DNA of 64,000 nucleotides from an uncultured virus (IMG/VR IMGVR_UViG_3300020042_003594) (Duplodnaviria; Heunggongvirae; Uroviricota; Caudoviricetes): IMG/VR virus record IMGVR_UViG_3300020042_003594. One strand, 5' to 3'. Shown one piece after another: positions 27,991 through 36,744 of the stretch. The translations under genes and the position numbers were made by a program. Under the pieces are notes generated by a model, which had not been told where the DNA came from, made no database searches, and saw only the letters and a list, made by a program, of their open reading frames with translations. Each line of letters begins with the position of its first letter. Positions within the stretch are counted from its first letter, which is position 1.

Positions 27991-28833
27991 ATGAATGAAA
28001 ACGAATTTGAAGTAGCTATTATAGATGCAGACTCTATTCTGTATCAGATAGCTCACTATCAACCCTCACCTGCTCTCTGTAAAAAATCTTTTGATGATAA
28101 GCTAGCTGAGATTATGGCTAATACAGGCGCTTTAAGTGGTGCTGTGTTTATTAAAGGTAAAAATAACTTTAGGTATAGTGTAGCTGCTGACTACAAAGGT
28201 AATCGTAAAGATACTCTTGAACCAGAAGTAAAAGATAGACTAGATATTCTGTATAAATACGCTACTGAGTTCTGTATCGAGTCTGATGAAGCTGAAGCTG
28301 ATGACTATTGTGGTGTAGCTTTTAGGCTGGCACAACAAGAAAACAAATCAGCTATTATATGCCACATCGATAAAGACTTAGATGCTTTATCTGGATGGCA
28401 CTACAACTTCAGGAAACAGGAGTTCTACCATGTAGACGCTGCTCAAGGCTACTGGTTCTTAATGAAACAAATCTTGATGGGTGACTCTACAGACAACATC
28501 CAAGGTATTAAAGGTCTTGGGCCTAAAACAGCTGAAAAAATTCTTAGTGACATACCAAGTAACCTTTTACTCAGTACGGTTATTGACACTTACAAACAAA
28601 AAACAGGTAATAATTGGGAGTCCGAGTTTACAAAAGCAGCTAACCTCATCTACATTAGGGAGTCAAGTGAAGACTTCAAGCCATTAACCTATCAAGAACT
28701 AACAGAAAAGCTATCATGGAAACCGATTACGGACACTGGATCCCTCTCACAGAACGACCAGACAACGCCTTTGGGTTTGTCTACGCAGTCTTTGGGCCAA
28801 CAGGCCGACAGTACATTGGAAGAAAGCAACTAA
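27991..28833 (+). CDS. 5'-3' exonuclease (T7 gp6-like)
   Basis: IDAD, NFR, YKGNR, EADD, IDKDL, GD.TDNI.G..G.G.K.A motifs. Confidence 0.92.
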   Translation: MNENEFEVAIIDADSILYQIAHYQPSPALCKKSFDDKLAEIMANTGALSGAVFIKGKNNFRYSVAADYKGNRKDTLEPEVKDRLDILYKYATEFCIESDEAEADDYCGVAFRLAQQENKSAIICHIDKDLDALSGWHYNFRKQEFYHVDAAQGYWFLMKQILMGDSTDNIQGIKGLGPKTAEKILSDIPSNLLLSTVIDTYKQKTGNNWESEFTKAANLIYIRESSEDFKPLTYQELTEKLSWKPITDTGSLSQNDQTTPLGLSTQSLGQQADSTLEESN

Positions 28834-29135
28834 TAAGTGTATCAAGAAAAACAATCCCTGGACTTAAGCGAAGAAGGATTACTAAAACAGAAAGTCCTTG
28901 GCGATCATATACGTCCTCCTGCCGAGAACTCCTTGATGATATTGAGCTATACGGATCTGGAGCATTTACTTTTGTTATATACAAATGGTGCAACGGTGCG
29001 GGAGATCTTACCTATAGCGAGGTGCAAGAGCAATGGGCAAGTGAAGTCTTATCTAGAGATGAGACACCTTTCGGGGAGCGTCTTTGGTACAACGGGAACA
29101 TCGGAGCCGTTAAATTTCTAAAGCCTAAGTCATGA
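28716..29135 (+). CDS. GIY-YIG-like nuclease
   Basis: FGFVY...YIGRK...W..Y.SS...E...YN.NI. Confidence 0.72.
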   Translation: METDYGHWIPLTERPDNAFGFVYAVFGPTGRQYIGRKQLISVSRKTIPGLKRRRITKTESPWRSYTSSCRELLDDIELYGSGAFTFVIYKWCNGAGDLTYSEVQEQWASEVLSRDETPFGERLWYNGNIGAVKFLKPKS

Positions 29136-29286
29136 ATAATAAAAAAGAAAAGAAAGATAAAGAAGAAACATCACTAAAGGACGACTTCAAAAATAAATTT
29201 AAACAAAAGAAACAAACCCAAGAAGAAGCTCATGAACGTAGACAACGTATCAGAGAGCTTAAAGAGGAACGTGACTGGAATTAAAT

Positions 29287-30891
29287 ATGTCAAGATGGAT
29301 ACATGCAGCTTGTTCTAAGTGTGAGTCTTCTGATGCCTTTAGCTACAAAGAAGATGATACTTTTGGTTTCTGTTTTAGCTGCCAGAAATCTTCACCCATA
29401 GACCCTAATTTTAAACCTACTGAATACCACAAAGAAAATTACAACATGCACAAATTAGAGGACATTCAATCATATGACACTAGGGGTTTTCAAGAACGAA
29501 GTATTACTAAGTCTGTTGCTGCTCACTATGGCGTTAAAGTATCATATGCGGAGGATGGCACTATCAGTAGTCACTTCTACCCTTATACTAAGTCAGGCCA
29601 AATTGTTGCATACAAAGAACGAAAGTTACCTAAATCATTTGTTATTCATGGAGACTTTAAAGGTATCCAACTCTTCGGACAAAACGTATCCTCTTCAGGA
29701 AAACGAATTGTTATTACTGAAGGTGAACTTGATGCTCTGGCTATTGCTCAAGCACAATACGATAAGTATCAACGATTTTATCCAGCGGTGGCGATCCCAT
29801 CTGCTAGCGCTACGTCTGTCATCTTGGAACAAAGGGAATGGTTACGATCGTTTGATGAAGTAATCCTAGCCTTTGATATGGATGAACCCGGTAAAAAAGC
29901 TTCAGAGATTGCTGCTAAAATTATTGGCTATGATAAAGTTAGGATATGCACACTACCCGAAAAAGATCCTTGTGATGTGTTGATTAAACAAGGTTCAGCT
30001 GCTTTAATGAGCTGTATCTTTGATGCCCGTATCTTTAGTCCTGCTGGTGTAGTTAAAGGTGAAGAGATCTGGGAACAATTCCAACGTAAACAAACAACAA
30101 TTTCTTTACCATACCCTGACTGTCTTAAGACTCTTAATGATAAGCTGTATGGTATGCGTTTAGGCGAAATCGTATTGTTTACTTCAGGTACTGGCTCAGG
30201 TAAATCAACTGTCATTAAAGAAATTGTCATGGAAATCCTAGACAAAACTACTGACATGGTAGGTATGGTATCACTAGAAGAATCTATTGGCGACTCTGCT
30301 CAGAAGTTTATTGGTATGCAGTTACGTAAGAACCTTAATACGGATAACGTATCTGAAGAAGAACAATACGCTGCATTCAAAACTGTATTCGGCGATGAAC
30401 GCTTAGTACTACTAGACCATCAAGGCTCTGTAGGTGATGAGTCTCTTGTAGATAAGCTTGAACACCTAGCTTTAATGGGTTGTAAATATATTATCTTAGA
30501 CCATATTACTATTGCAGTATCTGAAGGTGCTAAAGGTAAAACAGGTAATGAAGCTGTTGACTCAGTTATGTCTGACTTACTTAAGGTATGTAAAAAACAT
30601 AACGTATGGTTAGGTGTTGTATCTCACCTACGTAAAGGTGAAAAGCCTTTTGAAGAGGGTCACCTACCTACTATCGATGACATCAAAGGCTCAGGCTCTA
30701 TCAAACAAATTAGCTTTGATATCATTGCTTTCTCCCGTAATATGATTGCTGCAACTGATATAGCCAGAAACACTATCAAACTACGTGTACTTAAATCACG
30801 ATTCACTGGCCTTACTGGTGACTGTGGTAGTACTAAGTATGACACTGCAACTGGTCGGTTAATGCACACTAATTTTGTTGACTTTGAATAA
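29287..30891 (+). CDS. Primase-helicase (T7 gp4-like)
   Basis: Zinc finger CSKC..CFSC, TOPRIM EGELD/DMD, Walker A GTGSGKST, LDH, SHL, KSR. Confidence 0.95.
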   Translation: MSRWIHAACSKCESSDAFSYKEDDTFGFCFSCQKSSPIDPNFKPTEYHKENYNMHKLEDIQSYDTRGFQERSITKSVAAHYGVKVSYAEDGTISSHFYPYTKSGQIVAYKERKLPKSFVIHGDFKGIQLFGQNVSSSGKRIVITEGELDALAIAQAQYDKYQRFYPAVAIPSASATSVILEQREWLRSFDEVILAFDMDEPGKKASEIAAKIIGYDKVRICTLPEKDPCDVLIKQGSAALMSCIFDARIFSPAGVVKGEEIWEQFQRKQTTISLPYPDCLKTLNDKLYGMRLGEIVLFTSGTGSGKSTVIKEIVMEILDKTTDMVGMVSLEESIGDSAQKFIGMQLRKNLNTDNVSEEEQYAAFKTVFGDERLVLLDHQGSVGDESLVDKLEHLALMGCKYIILDHITIAVSEGAKGKTGNEAVDSVMSDLLKVCKKHNVWLGVVSHLRKGEKPFEEGHLPTIDDIKGSGSIKQISFDIIAFSRNMIAATDIARNTIKLRVLKSRFTGLTGDCGSTKYDTATGRLMHTNFVDFE

Positions 30892-33099
30892 ATGAATCCA
30901 CTAAAATATCTTACAGAACGTGTATCAAAAGTTGTCCCCAACTCTGATAAGATTTATAATGAGGGTGCTCGACTTTTAGCACATCATTCAACATGGGAAT
31001 ATGATTTAGAAAGGTTTATCAATGAAGCTTGGGACTCCCTCCTTAAGTATTGCATCCGTAACAAGAATGCTACACACTCTGCATCAGTTAAACTCACCTT
31101 CGCATCTGATCTTATCGGGAAAAGAATTGCAAGAAGTATCGGTGCTGATGAATCAAACGTTAAAACAACCTTGTCTTTGGGAGATCTTCTCCTTGAAACG
31201 TTCCTTCAAGACGGTCTAATAGATATTTTCCGTGAGTATGAAGGTCGTAAAGCTCCGTATCTAATCTCTATAGTTAATATGGATGATTCTATTAAGCCTA
31301 CGCTTATTGGTACTTCATTTGAACCTTTGTTACCTATTGCTGGATTATATAGTCCGTTAACTAAAGAACCTTTTATTAAAGGATGGACTAACAGCAAATT
31401 GTTTCATAGCTACCTAGATAAACCATTTATTAATGCTCTTGAAACTTTAAGACAGCAGCCTTGGCAGCTAAACCATGCTGTAATATCAGCCATGAAAGAA
31501 ACTAAACCAAAACATTTAATGGAATTAGTTGATGAGAATGGTGAGATTCAAGTATACAATATACACCATGAGAATATACATCTCCCAAAGAAACTTAATA
31601 ACTTAGATGGTACTAAGTTCTTAGGTAAAAAAGACCCTAAGTTACAGAGAATGTTAAGTAAATATTTTGAATACAATCAAGTATTAAAGAAGGCTGATAT
31701 GATAGGGTCTAAAACATTCTATCAAGAAGTATCCTGTGACTATCGAGGTAGAGTATACTATGTAGAATCTTTCCTAGAGTTTCAAGGCTCAGACTTAGCT
31801 CGATCTTTATTCCTATTTGCTAATAAGAAGAAGGTTGATGAGCGAGGTTATTATTGGTTGTCAGTTCATACTGCTGCTTGTTATAATATGTCTTATACAC
31901 TTGAAGAGCTTAAAGATATAACCTGGTTGACAACAGACTATATTAAGTATTTAACCTCTGAAGGCTTAGATACTATTTCTGTTGATAAAATGACCCTTGA
32001 TGATCGTGCTTTGTGGGTTAAACATAACCTAGAATTTATTATTAAGTCTGCTCGTACTAAACACATACATCAAGATGCAGAAAAGCCTTATAGCTTTTTA
32101 GCTTGCTGTGTTGAGATAGCATCATACCACAAATGTAAAATCATGAATCAAGATTACATGAGTGGATTCCCTATACCTATTGATGGCTCAAATAACGGAT
32201 GGCAACACCTAGCAGCAATGTCTAAGGACAAACAAGCAGGTGAGTTAGTGTCTCTTGTACCTACACCTATCCAGAAAGACTTCTATGTAGCTGTAGCTAA
32301 AGAACTTATCTCTGTTATGCCTGACTGGTTTGCTGAAAAACAAATGCCTATGAAACATATTCGTAAAGGCATTGCCAAGCGTGGTTCTATGACTCGTGCT
32401 TACTCAGCAGGTAAACAACGTATTGCTAAGAATATGTATGATGACTGCCACGTAGAAGGCTTTACTGTTAAGTATGGCATCACTGAAGAACAATGTACTG
32501 AGTTAGCTGGTAACTTAATTAAAGCAATCAATACTGTTTGTGCTGGCCCACTTAAAACAACTAAGTACCTACAAAAGATTGCTGAACACGAGCTTAATAA
32601 TGGTCGTAATGTATTAAATTGGACAACACCTAGTGGATTCCCTGTAATATATAAAGCTTACTTACAACATGAAAGAAAACAACGTGGGACTATTAAAGGA
32701 ATTAAAGGGAATAAAGATGGTCGCGTCATGCACGTTATACGAGTTGATGTTATTAACAAAGAAACAGGTGAACGGGTACCGTGTAGAAGAAGTTTTGCCT
32801 CGGGTATTAGCCCTAATGTTGTGCATTCCTATGATGCTGCTCATATGGCTAACACTATTATTAGCTTCAATGCTTCTTTTGGTGCCGTACACGACTCCTT
32901 TAGCTCACACGCTTCAGAAGTGGATTTTCTACAAGAAGTAACTAAGATGACTTTCATAGCTCAGTACGATGTAGAAAACTTCTTTAACATCCTTCAAGAA
33001 GCCCTTATGGATAATAAAGAATCATTCACTTTCCAACAGCCAGAATTAGGTAATCTTGACTTATCCGAGATTGCTAATTCAAAATATTTCTTTTGTTAA
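30892..33099 (+). CDS. T7-type single-subunit DNA-directed RNA polymerase (735 aa)
   Basis: DYRGRVY, motif A PIDGSNNGWQH, motif B RKGIAKRGSMTRAY, PNVVHSYDA, motif C VHDSF. Confidence 0.95.
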   Translation: MNPLKYLTERVSKVVPNSDKIYNEGARLLAHHSTWEYDLERFINEAWDSLLKYCIRNKNATHSASVKLTFASDLIGKRIARSIGADESNVKTTLSLGDLLLETFLQDGLIDIFREYEGRKAPYLISIVNMDDSIKPTLIGTSFEPLLPIAGLYSPLTKEPFIKGWTNSKLFHSYLDKPFINALETLRQQPWQLNHAVISAMKETKPKHLMELVDENGEIQVYNIHHENIHLPKKLNNLDGTKFLGKKDPKLQRMLSKYFEYNQVLKKADMIGSKTFYQEVSCDYRGRVYYVESFLEFQGSDLARSLFLFANKKKVDERGYYWLSVHTAACYNMSYTLEELKDITWLTTDYIKYLTSEGLDTISVDKMTLDDRALWVKHNLEFIIKSARTKHIHQDAEKPYSFLACCVEIASYHKCKIMNQDYMSGFPIPIDGSNNGWQHLAAMSKDKQAGELVSLVPTPIQKDFYVAVAKELISVMPDWFAEKQMPMKHIRKGIAKRGSMTRAYSAGKQRIAKNMYDDCHVEGFTVKYGITEEQCTELAGNLIKAINTVCAGPLKTTKYLQKIAEHELNNGRNVLNWTTPSGFPVIYKAYLQHERKQRGTIKGIKGNKDGRVMHVIRVDVINKETGERVPCRRSFASGISPNVVHSYDAAHMANTIISFNASFGAVHDSFSSHASEVDFLQEVTKMTFIAQYDVENFFNILQEALMDNKESFTFQQPELGNLDLSEIANSKYFFC

Positions 33100-33113
33100 T
33101 TAACACTAGAAGA

Positions 33114-33126
33114 CGGTACCTAATAG
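33114..33126 (+). promoter_or_regulatory. Putative phage RNAP promoter (CGGTACCTAATAG) upstream of RNR
   Basis: Consensus copy, intergenic. Confidence 0.75.
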
Positions 33127-33130
33127 ACCC

Positions 33131-33153
33131 TACCCCTTTCTTGGGGTATTTTT
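33131..33153 (+). terminator. Terminator-like hairpin
   Basis: TACCCC-TTTCTT-GGGGTA followed by TTTTT. Confidence 0.6.
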
Positions 33154-33174
33154 AACTATAAAAAGAAAGAACAA

Positions 33175-35043
33175 GTGAACCCTTACCAAAACCTAATCGC
33201 CAAATCCCGTTACGCTCGATACCTACCTGAACTCTCCCGCCGTGAAAACTGGGATGAGTCTGCCACTCGATGGGTAACTTTCTTTAAAAAAGAATTAATA
33301 AATAAAATTGATAATACTGATCCTATTTGGGATGTGCTTGGTGATAGCATCACTAATCTAAAAGCACTACCATCTATGCGCTCTATTATGACTGCTGGTG
33401 AAGCATTAGACAGAACGCATGTGGCTGCATATAATTGTAGTTACTTGCCTGTAGATCATCCAAGGGCGTTTGACGAAGCAATGTATATTTTGTTATGTGG
33501 TACAGGCGTAGGATTTTCTTGTGAGTCACAATATATCCAACAATTACCTGTTGTACCTCAATTACAACCTTCAGATCACAGGATTGTAGTAGAAGATAGT
33601 AAAGAGGGATGGTGTTCTTCTTACCAAGAGCTAATTGATTGTTTGTATAAAGGTCTTATCCCTTCATGGGATGTATCTAAGGTACGTCCAGCAGGTGCTC
33701 CACTAAAAGTCTTTGGTGGTCGTGCTAGTGGCCCTGAACCATTAGTATCTTTGTTTAACTATACAGTTAAAAAGTTTACTAAGGCTAATGGTCGTAAGCT
33801 TAAGAACATTGAAGCACACGATATCATGTGTAAAATTGGTGAAGTAGTAGTTGTAGGTGGTGTTCGCCGTTCAGCTATGATTTCTTTAGGTGACCTGTTT
33901 GATACTGACCATGCTACAGCTAAGTCAGGCGAATGGTGGAAACACTTTGGTGAACGTGCTTTAGCTAATAACTCTGCTGTATACAACTCTAAACCTGCTA
34001 TTGGTGAGTTTATGAAAGAGTGGTTAGACATTTATAACAGCCATTCAGGTGAGCGTGGTGTATTTAACCGTGAAGCTTCACAGAAACAGGCTGCTAAATG
34101 GGGTCGCCGTAGTGCTACTGTTGACTATGGAACTAATCCTTGTGCAGAAATCATTCTTAAGCCATACCAATTCTGTAACCTATCTACAGTAGTAGTAAAC
34201 AAAGCAGATACCCTTGATGACTTAGTAAGCAAAGTTCGTTTAGCTGCTATCATGGGTACTATGCAGTCAACGCTAACTAACTTCCCATACCTACGTAGTA
34301 TCTGGAAAGAGAATACTGAGTCAGAACGTCTTCTAGGTGTATCCTTAACTGGTATCTTTGATAACGCTATTCTTCGTGGAGAAGGTAGTTTACCTCTTGA
34401 GTATGTACTTAATAAGCTTAGGGATGTTGCCAGAGATACTAATGAAGAGTGGGCTGCAATCCTTGGGGTTTCAGCTTCAACAGCTATCACAGCTATCAAG
34501 CCTGAAGGTACAGCCAGTCAGCTAACACAAACATCTTCGGGTATTCATCCCGGTCATGCTCCATTCTATATCAGGCGTATTCGTCAGGATAAAAAAGATC
34601 CACTAACAAAGTTTCTTATTGAACAAGGTGTGCCTCATGAAGATTGTGTTATGAAACCTAATGACACTACTGTGTTTTCTTTTCCACAAAATTCTCCCGG
34701 ATTTACCCGTAAAGATCTTACTGCATTACAACATCTAAACATCTGGTTAGCTTATCAAAGACATTACTGTGAGCATAAGCCTTCAGTAACTATCTCAGTT
34801 AAAGATCATGAGTGGATGGAGGTTGGTGCGTGGTTGTATGAAAACTTTGATGAGGCTACTGGTATCAGCTTTTTACCTGATAGCGGAGGTACATACCAAC
34901 AAGCGCCATATGAGACTTGCAGTGAAGAGGACTATCACAAAATGAAAATGGTAAATGTTGATTGGTCTTTGTTTATTGAAGATAGAGACAACGTAGAAGG
35001 TGCTCAAATGCTTGCTTGCACAAGTGGAGTATGTGAAATTTAA
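33175..35043 (+). CDS. nrdJ: Class II (B12-dependent) ribonucleotide reductase
   Basis: SRYAR, YNC, GTGVGF, VVVGGVRRSA, TNPCAEI, KPEGT and C-terminal C...C. No beta-subunit gene present. Confidence 0.92.
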   Translation: MNPYQNLIAKSRYARYLPELSRRENWDESATRWVTFFKKELINKIDNTDPIWDVLGDSITNLKALPSMRSIMTAGEALDRTHVAAYNCSYLPVDHPRAFDEAMYILLCGTGVGFSCESQYIQQLPVVPQLQPSDHRIVVEDSKEGWCSSYQELIDCLYKGLIPSWDVSKVRPAGAPLKVFGGRASGPEPLVSLFNYTVKKFTKANGRKLKNIEAHDIMCKIGEVVVVGGVRRSAMISLGDLFDTDHATAKSGEWWKHFGERALANNSAVYNSKPAIGEFMKEWLDIYNSHSGERGVFNREASQKQAAKWGRRSATVDYGTNPCAEIILKPYQFCNLSTVVVNKADTLDDLVSKVRLAAIMGTMQSTLTNFPYLRSIWKENTESERLLGVSLTGIFDNAILRGEGSLPLEYVLNKLRDVARDTNEEWAAILGVSASTAITAIKPEGTASQLTQTSSGIHPGHAPFYIRRIRQDKKDPLTKFLIEQGVPHEDCVMKPNDTTVFSFPQNSPGFTRKDLTALQHLNIWLAYQRHYCEHKPSVTISVKDHEWMEVGAWLYENFDEATGISFLPDSGGTYQQAPYETCSEEDYHKMKMVNVDWSLFIEDRDNVEGAQMLACTSGVCEI

Positions 35044-35044
35044 T

Positions 35045-35257
35045 ATGGAAGATAAAATTAAATTAGTATTGAATACTACACTAACACAAGACGAATTAAA
35101 TATGCAGATGATGATTTCACTTATACAAATTAAACAACAAATAAAGCTTATAGAAGATGTTCTCCATGAGATGTATCCTAAGTATTTGTTAATTGAAGAA
35201 ACTGTAAATGATTTAGTAAATAACTTAATGCCTTATGATGAAATGACTCTGCAATAA
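35045..35257 (+). CDS. Hypothetical protein
   Basis: Start taken at MEDKI, immediately after the RNR stop. Confidence 0.55.
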   Translation: MEDKIKLVLNTTLTQDELNMQMMISLIQIKQQIKLIEDVLHEMYPKYLLIEETVNDLVNNLMPYDEMTLQ

Positions 35258-35264
35258 AATTAGC

Positions 35265-35277
35265 TGGAGCCTAATAG
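35265..35277 (+). promoter_or_regulatory. Putative phage RNAP promoter variant (TGGAGCCTAATAG) directly upstream of the tRNA
   Basis: TAGCTGGAGCCTAATAG ends 4 nt before the tRNA 5' end. Confidence 0.65.
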
Positions 35278-35281
35278 TAAA

Positions 35282-35358
35282 GCGGCTGTAGCTCAGTTGG
35301 ATAGAGCAACGGTCTTCTACACCGCTTGTCAGGGGTTCGAATCCCTTCTGCCGCACCA
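35282..35358 (+). tRNA. tRNA-Arg (anticodon TCT)
   Basis: Cloverleaf GCGGCTG/CTGCCGC, D arm GCTC..GAGC, anticodon loop CT-TCT-AC, T loop TTCGAAT, encoded CCA. Confidence 0.93.
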
Positions 35359-35375
35359 ATTCAAATAAAGGTTAT

Positions 35376-35699
35376 ATGAAAAAGATTAAACATAACTCAA
35401 GAAAGTTTTTAAATAAATCTGAGGGTATGGCTTCTATTGAAGTAATTTCTTCTGTAGAGAGTTGGGCTTTTGAGTCTCAAGTATCTATTAGTGATTGCAA
35501 TCGTTTAATTACTCTTGATTTTACTGCTTATAGTAATAAGGATTTTAAATCTAAAGTAGATAAATTAGATTTAATTATTACTGAGCTTAGTATATTAAAA
35601 CAATTTATGCTTGATAATAAAACTAAGATGGAAGAAATATTTGCTAAGAAATTAAAGGCATCAGATATTGAGCCAATGTTTAAGAAATTAAATGATTAA
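35376..35699 (+). CDS. Hypothetical protein
   Basis: RKFLN...ISDC.R.I.LDF motif, with AAGG RBS. Confidence 0.7.
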   Translation: MKKIKHNSRKFLNKSEGMASIEVISSVESWAFESQVSISDCNRLITLDFTAYSNKDFKSKVDKLDLIITELSILKQFMLDNKTKMEEIFAKKLKASDIEPMFKKLND

Positions 35700-35882
35700 T
35701 AAACACGACATACAAGACATGATGCCTGAGTATAATCTAACCCCTGAAGAAACTTTGCATGGTGATAAAGCATTCTTAATAGATTTGGAGCTAGAAGCCC
35801 TATCAATTGAGATGGGATGGGGTAGCTATACCCAACCTAATTTTAAAGCCTCTATGCGTATGGAATAACTAAGAGAGCTATT

Positions 35883-36035
35883 ATGTCAGGTAAAGGTAGC
35901 GGTCGTAGACCTACAGATGAACAAAAATACCAGAGCAATTGGGATGCAATCTTTGGTAAACAAATAAAGGAGCAGCCTAAACTGCCTCCTGAAGAAAAGG
36001 AAAAAGAAAATGAGTTGCCAAACAAAACTATGTAA
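35883..36035 (+). CDS. Small phage protein (GKGS.RRP...NWD.IF)
   Basis: Manual translation, 50 aa. Confidence 0.55.
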   Translation: MSGKGSGRRPTDEQKYQSNWDAIFGKQIKEQPKLPPEEKEKENELPNKTM

Positions 36036-36441
36036 TCTAATTGCAGATAACTTTATTAGTTATTTTAAAACACATGTATATCACTTTAATATTACTGGTG
36101 CTGAGTTTCCTCAATATCACGCTTTATTTAGTGAAGTATATGAATACCTATTTGATCATCATGATTCACTCAGTGAACAGCTACGTCAGATGGATGTTAA
36201 AGTTCCCGGTAGTCTTGAGATGTACCTTAAAGATACTCTCATTTCACCTAACGCAAAAGAACAACGCGCCTCCGATATGTTATCTGCTACTTGTAAATTA
36301 CTTGAAGTGCTACATGAGACTGCTCAAAAGCTTTATGAAGAAGCAGGCACTGAGGGTCATGGCGCATTAGAAACTTATATTGGTGACTATATGATGGGTG
36401 TTTCTAAATTAAAATGGAAAGTTAAATCATGCCTGATCTAA
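36010..36441 (+). CDS. dps: Dps / ferritin-like protein
   Basis: H.YH.NI.G..F...H..F.E.Y......D...E ferroxidase pattern and C-terminal K..W. Confidence 0.85.
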   Translation: MSCQTKLCNLIADNFISYFKTHVYHFNITGAEFPQYHALFSEVYEYLFDHHDSLSEQLRQMDVKVPGSLEMYLKDTLISPNAKEQRASDMLSATCKLLEVLHETAQKLYEEAGTEGHGALETYIGDYMMGVSKLKWKVKSCLI

Positions 36442-36689
36442 AACATTATAATATTTTTGCCCTCCGAGGTGACACTCAAACAACAGATCAAGATGTATGT
36501 TCTACTCTTGGATTAGATCCACGTCTGGCTAACACACCAGCTATTAATGAAGCTGCTATTAAGGCAATGCACAAAGAAAATTATGACTCTTACATCAATC
36601 GTGGTATTGACGGTGATAGTGCTTTGGTTTTGGCTGACAAGCTAGCCGGTGAAACTCGTAGCCAAATTAAAGAGTTGAGTAAAGAATAA
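36429..36689 (+). CDS. Hypothetical protein
   Basis: Last plus-strand gene before the terminator. Confidence 0.65.
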   Translation: MPDLKHYNIFALRGDTQTTDQDVCSTLGLDPRLANTPAINEAAIKAMHKENYDSYINRGIDGDSALVLADKLAGETRSQIKELSKE

Positions 36690-36736
36690 AAAAAAAAATA
36701 ACCCCTATTAGGAATAATCCTAGTAGGGGTTTTTTA
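36688..36736. terminator. Bidirectional Rho-independent terminator between convergent genome arms
   Basis: A-run, ACCCCTATTAGGA-ATAA-TCCTAGTAGGGGT, T-run. Confidence 0.9.
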
Positions 36737-36744
36737 TTTGTTAA

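Noticed and set aside
35282..35358. Possible amber-suppressor tRNA (CTA in the loop) and recoded genome
   Set aside because: The 7-nt loop CT-TCT-AC places TCT at positions 34-36, and long ORFs are intact in the standard code.
36705..36714. Partial promoter match TTCCTAATAG on the minus strand
   Set aside because: It is explained as one arm of the bidirectional terminator and lacks the YGG part.
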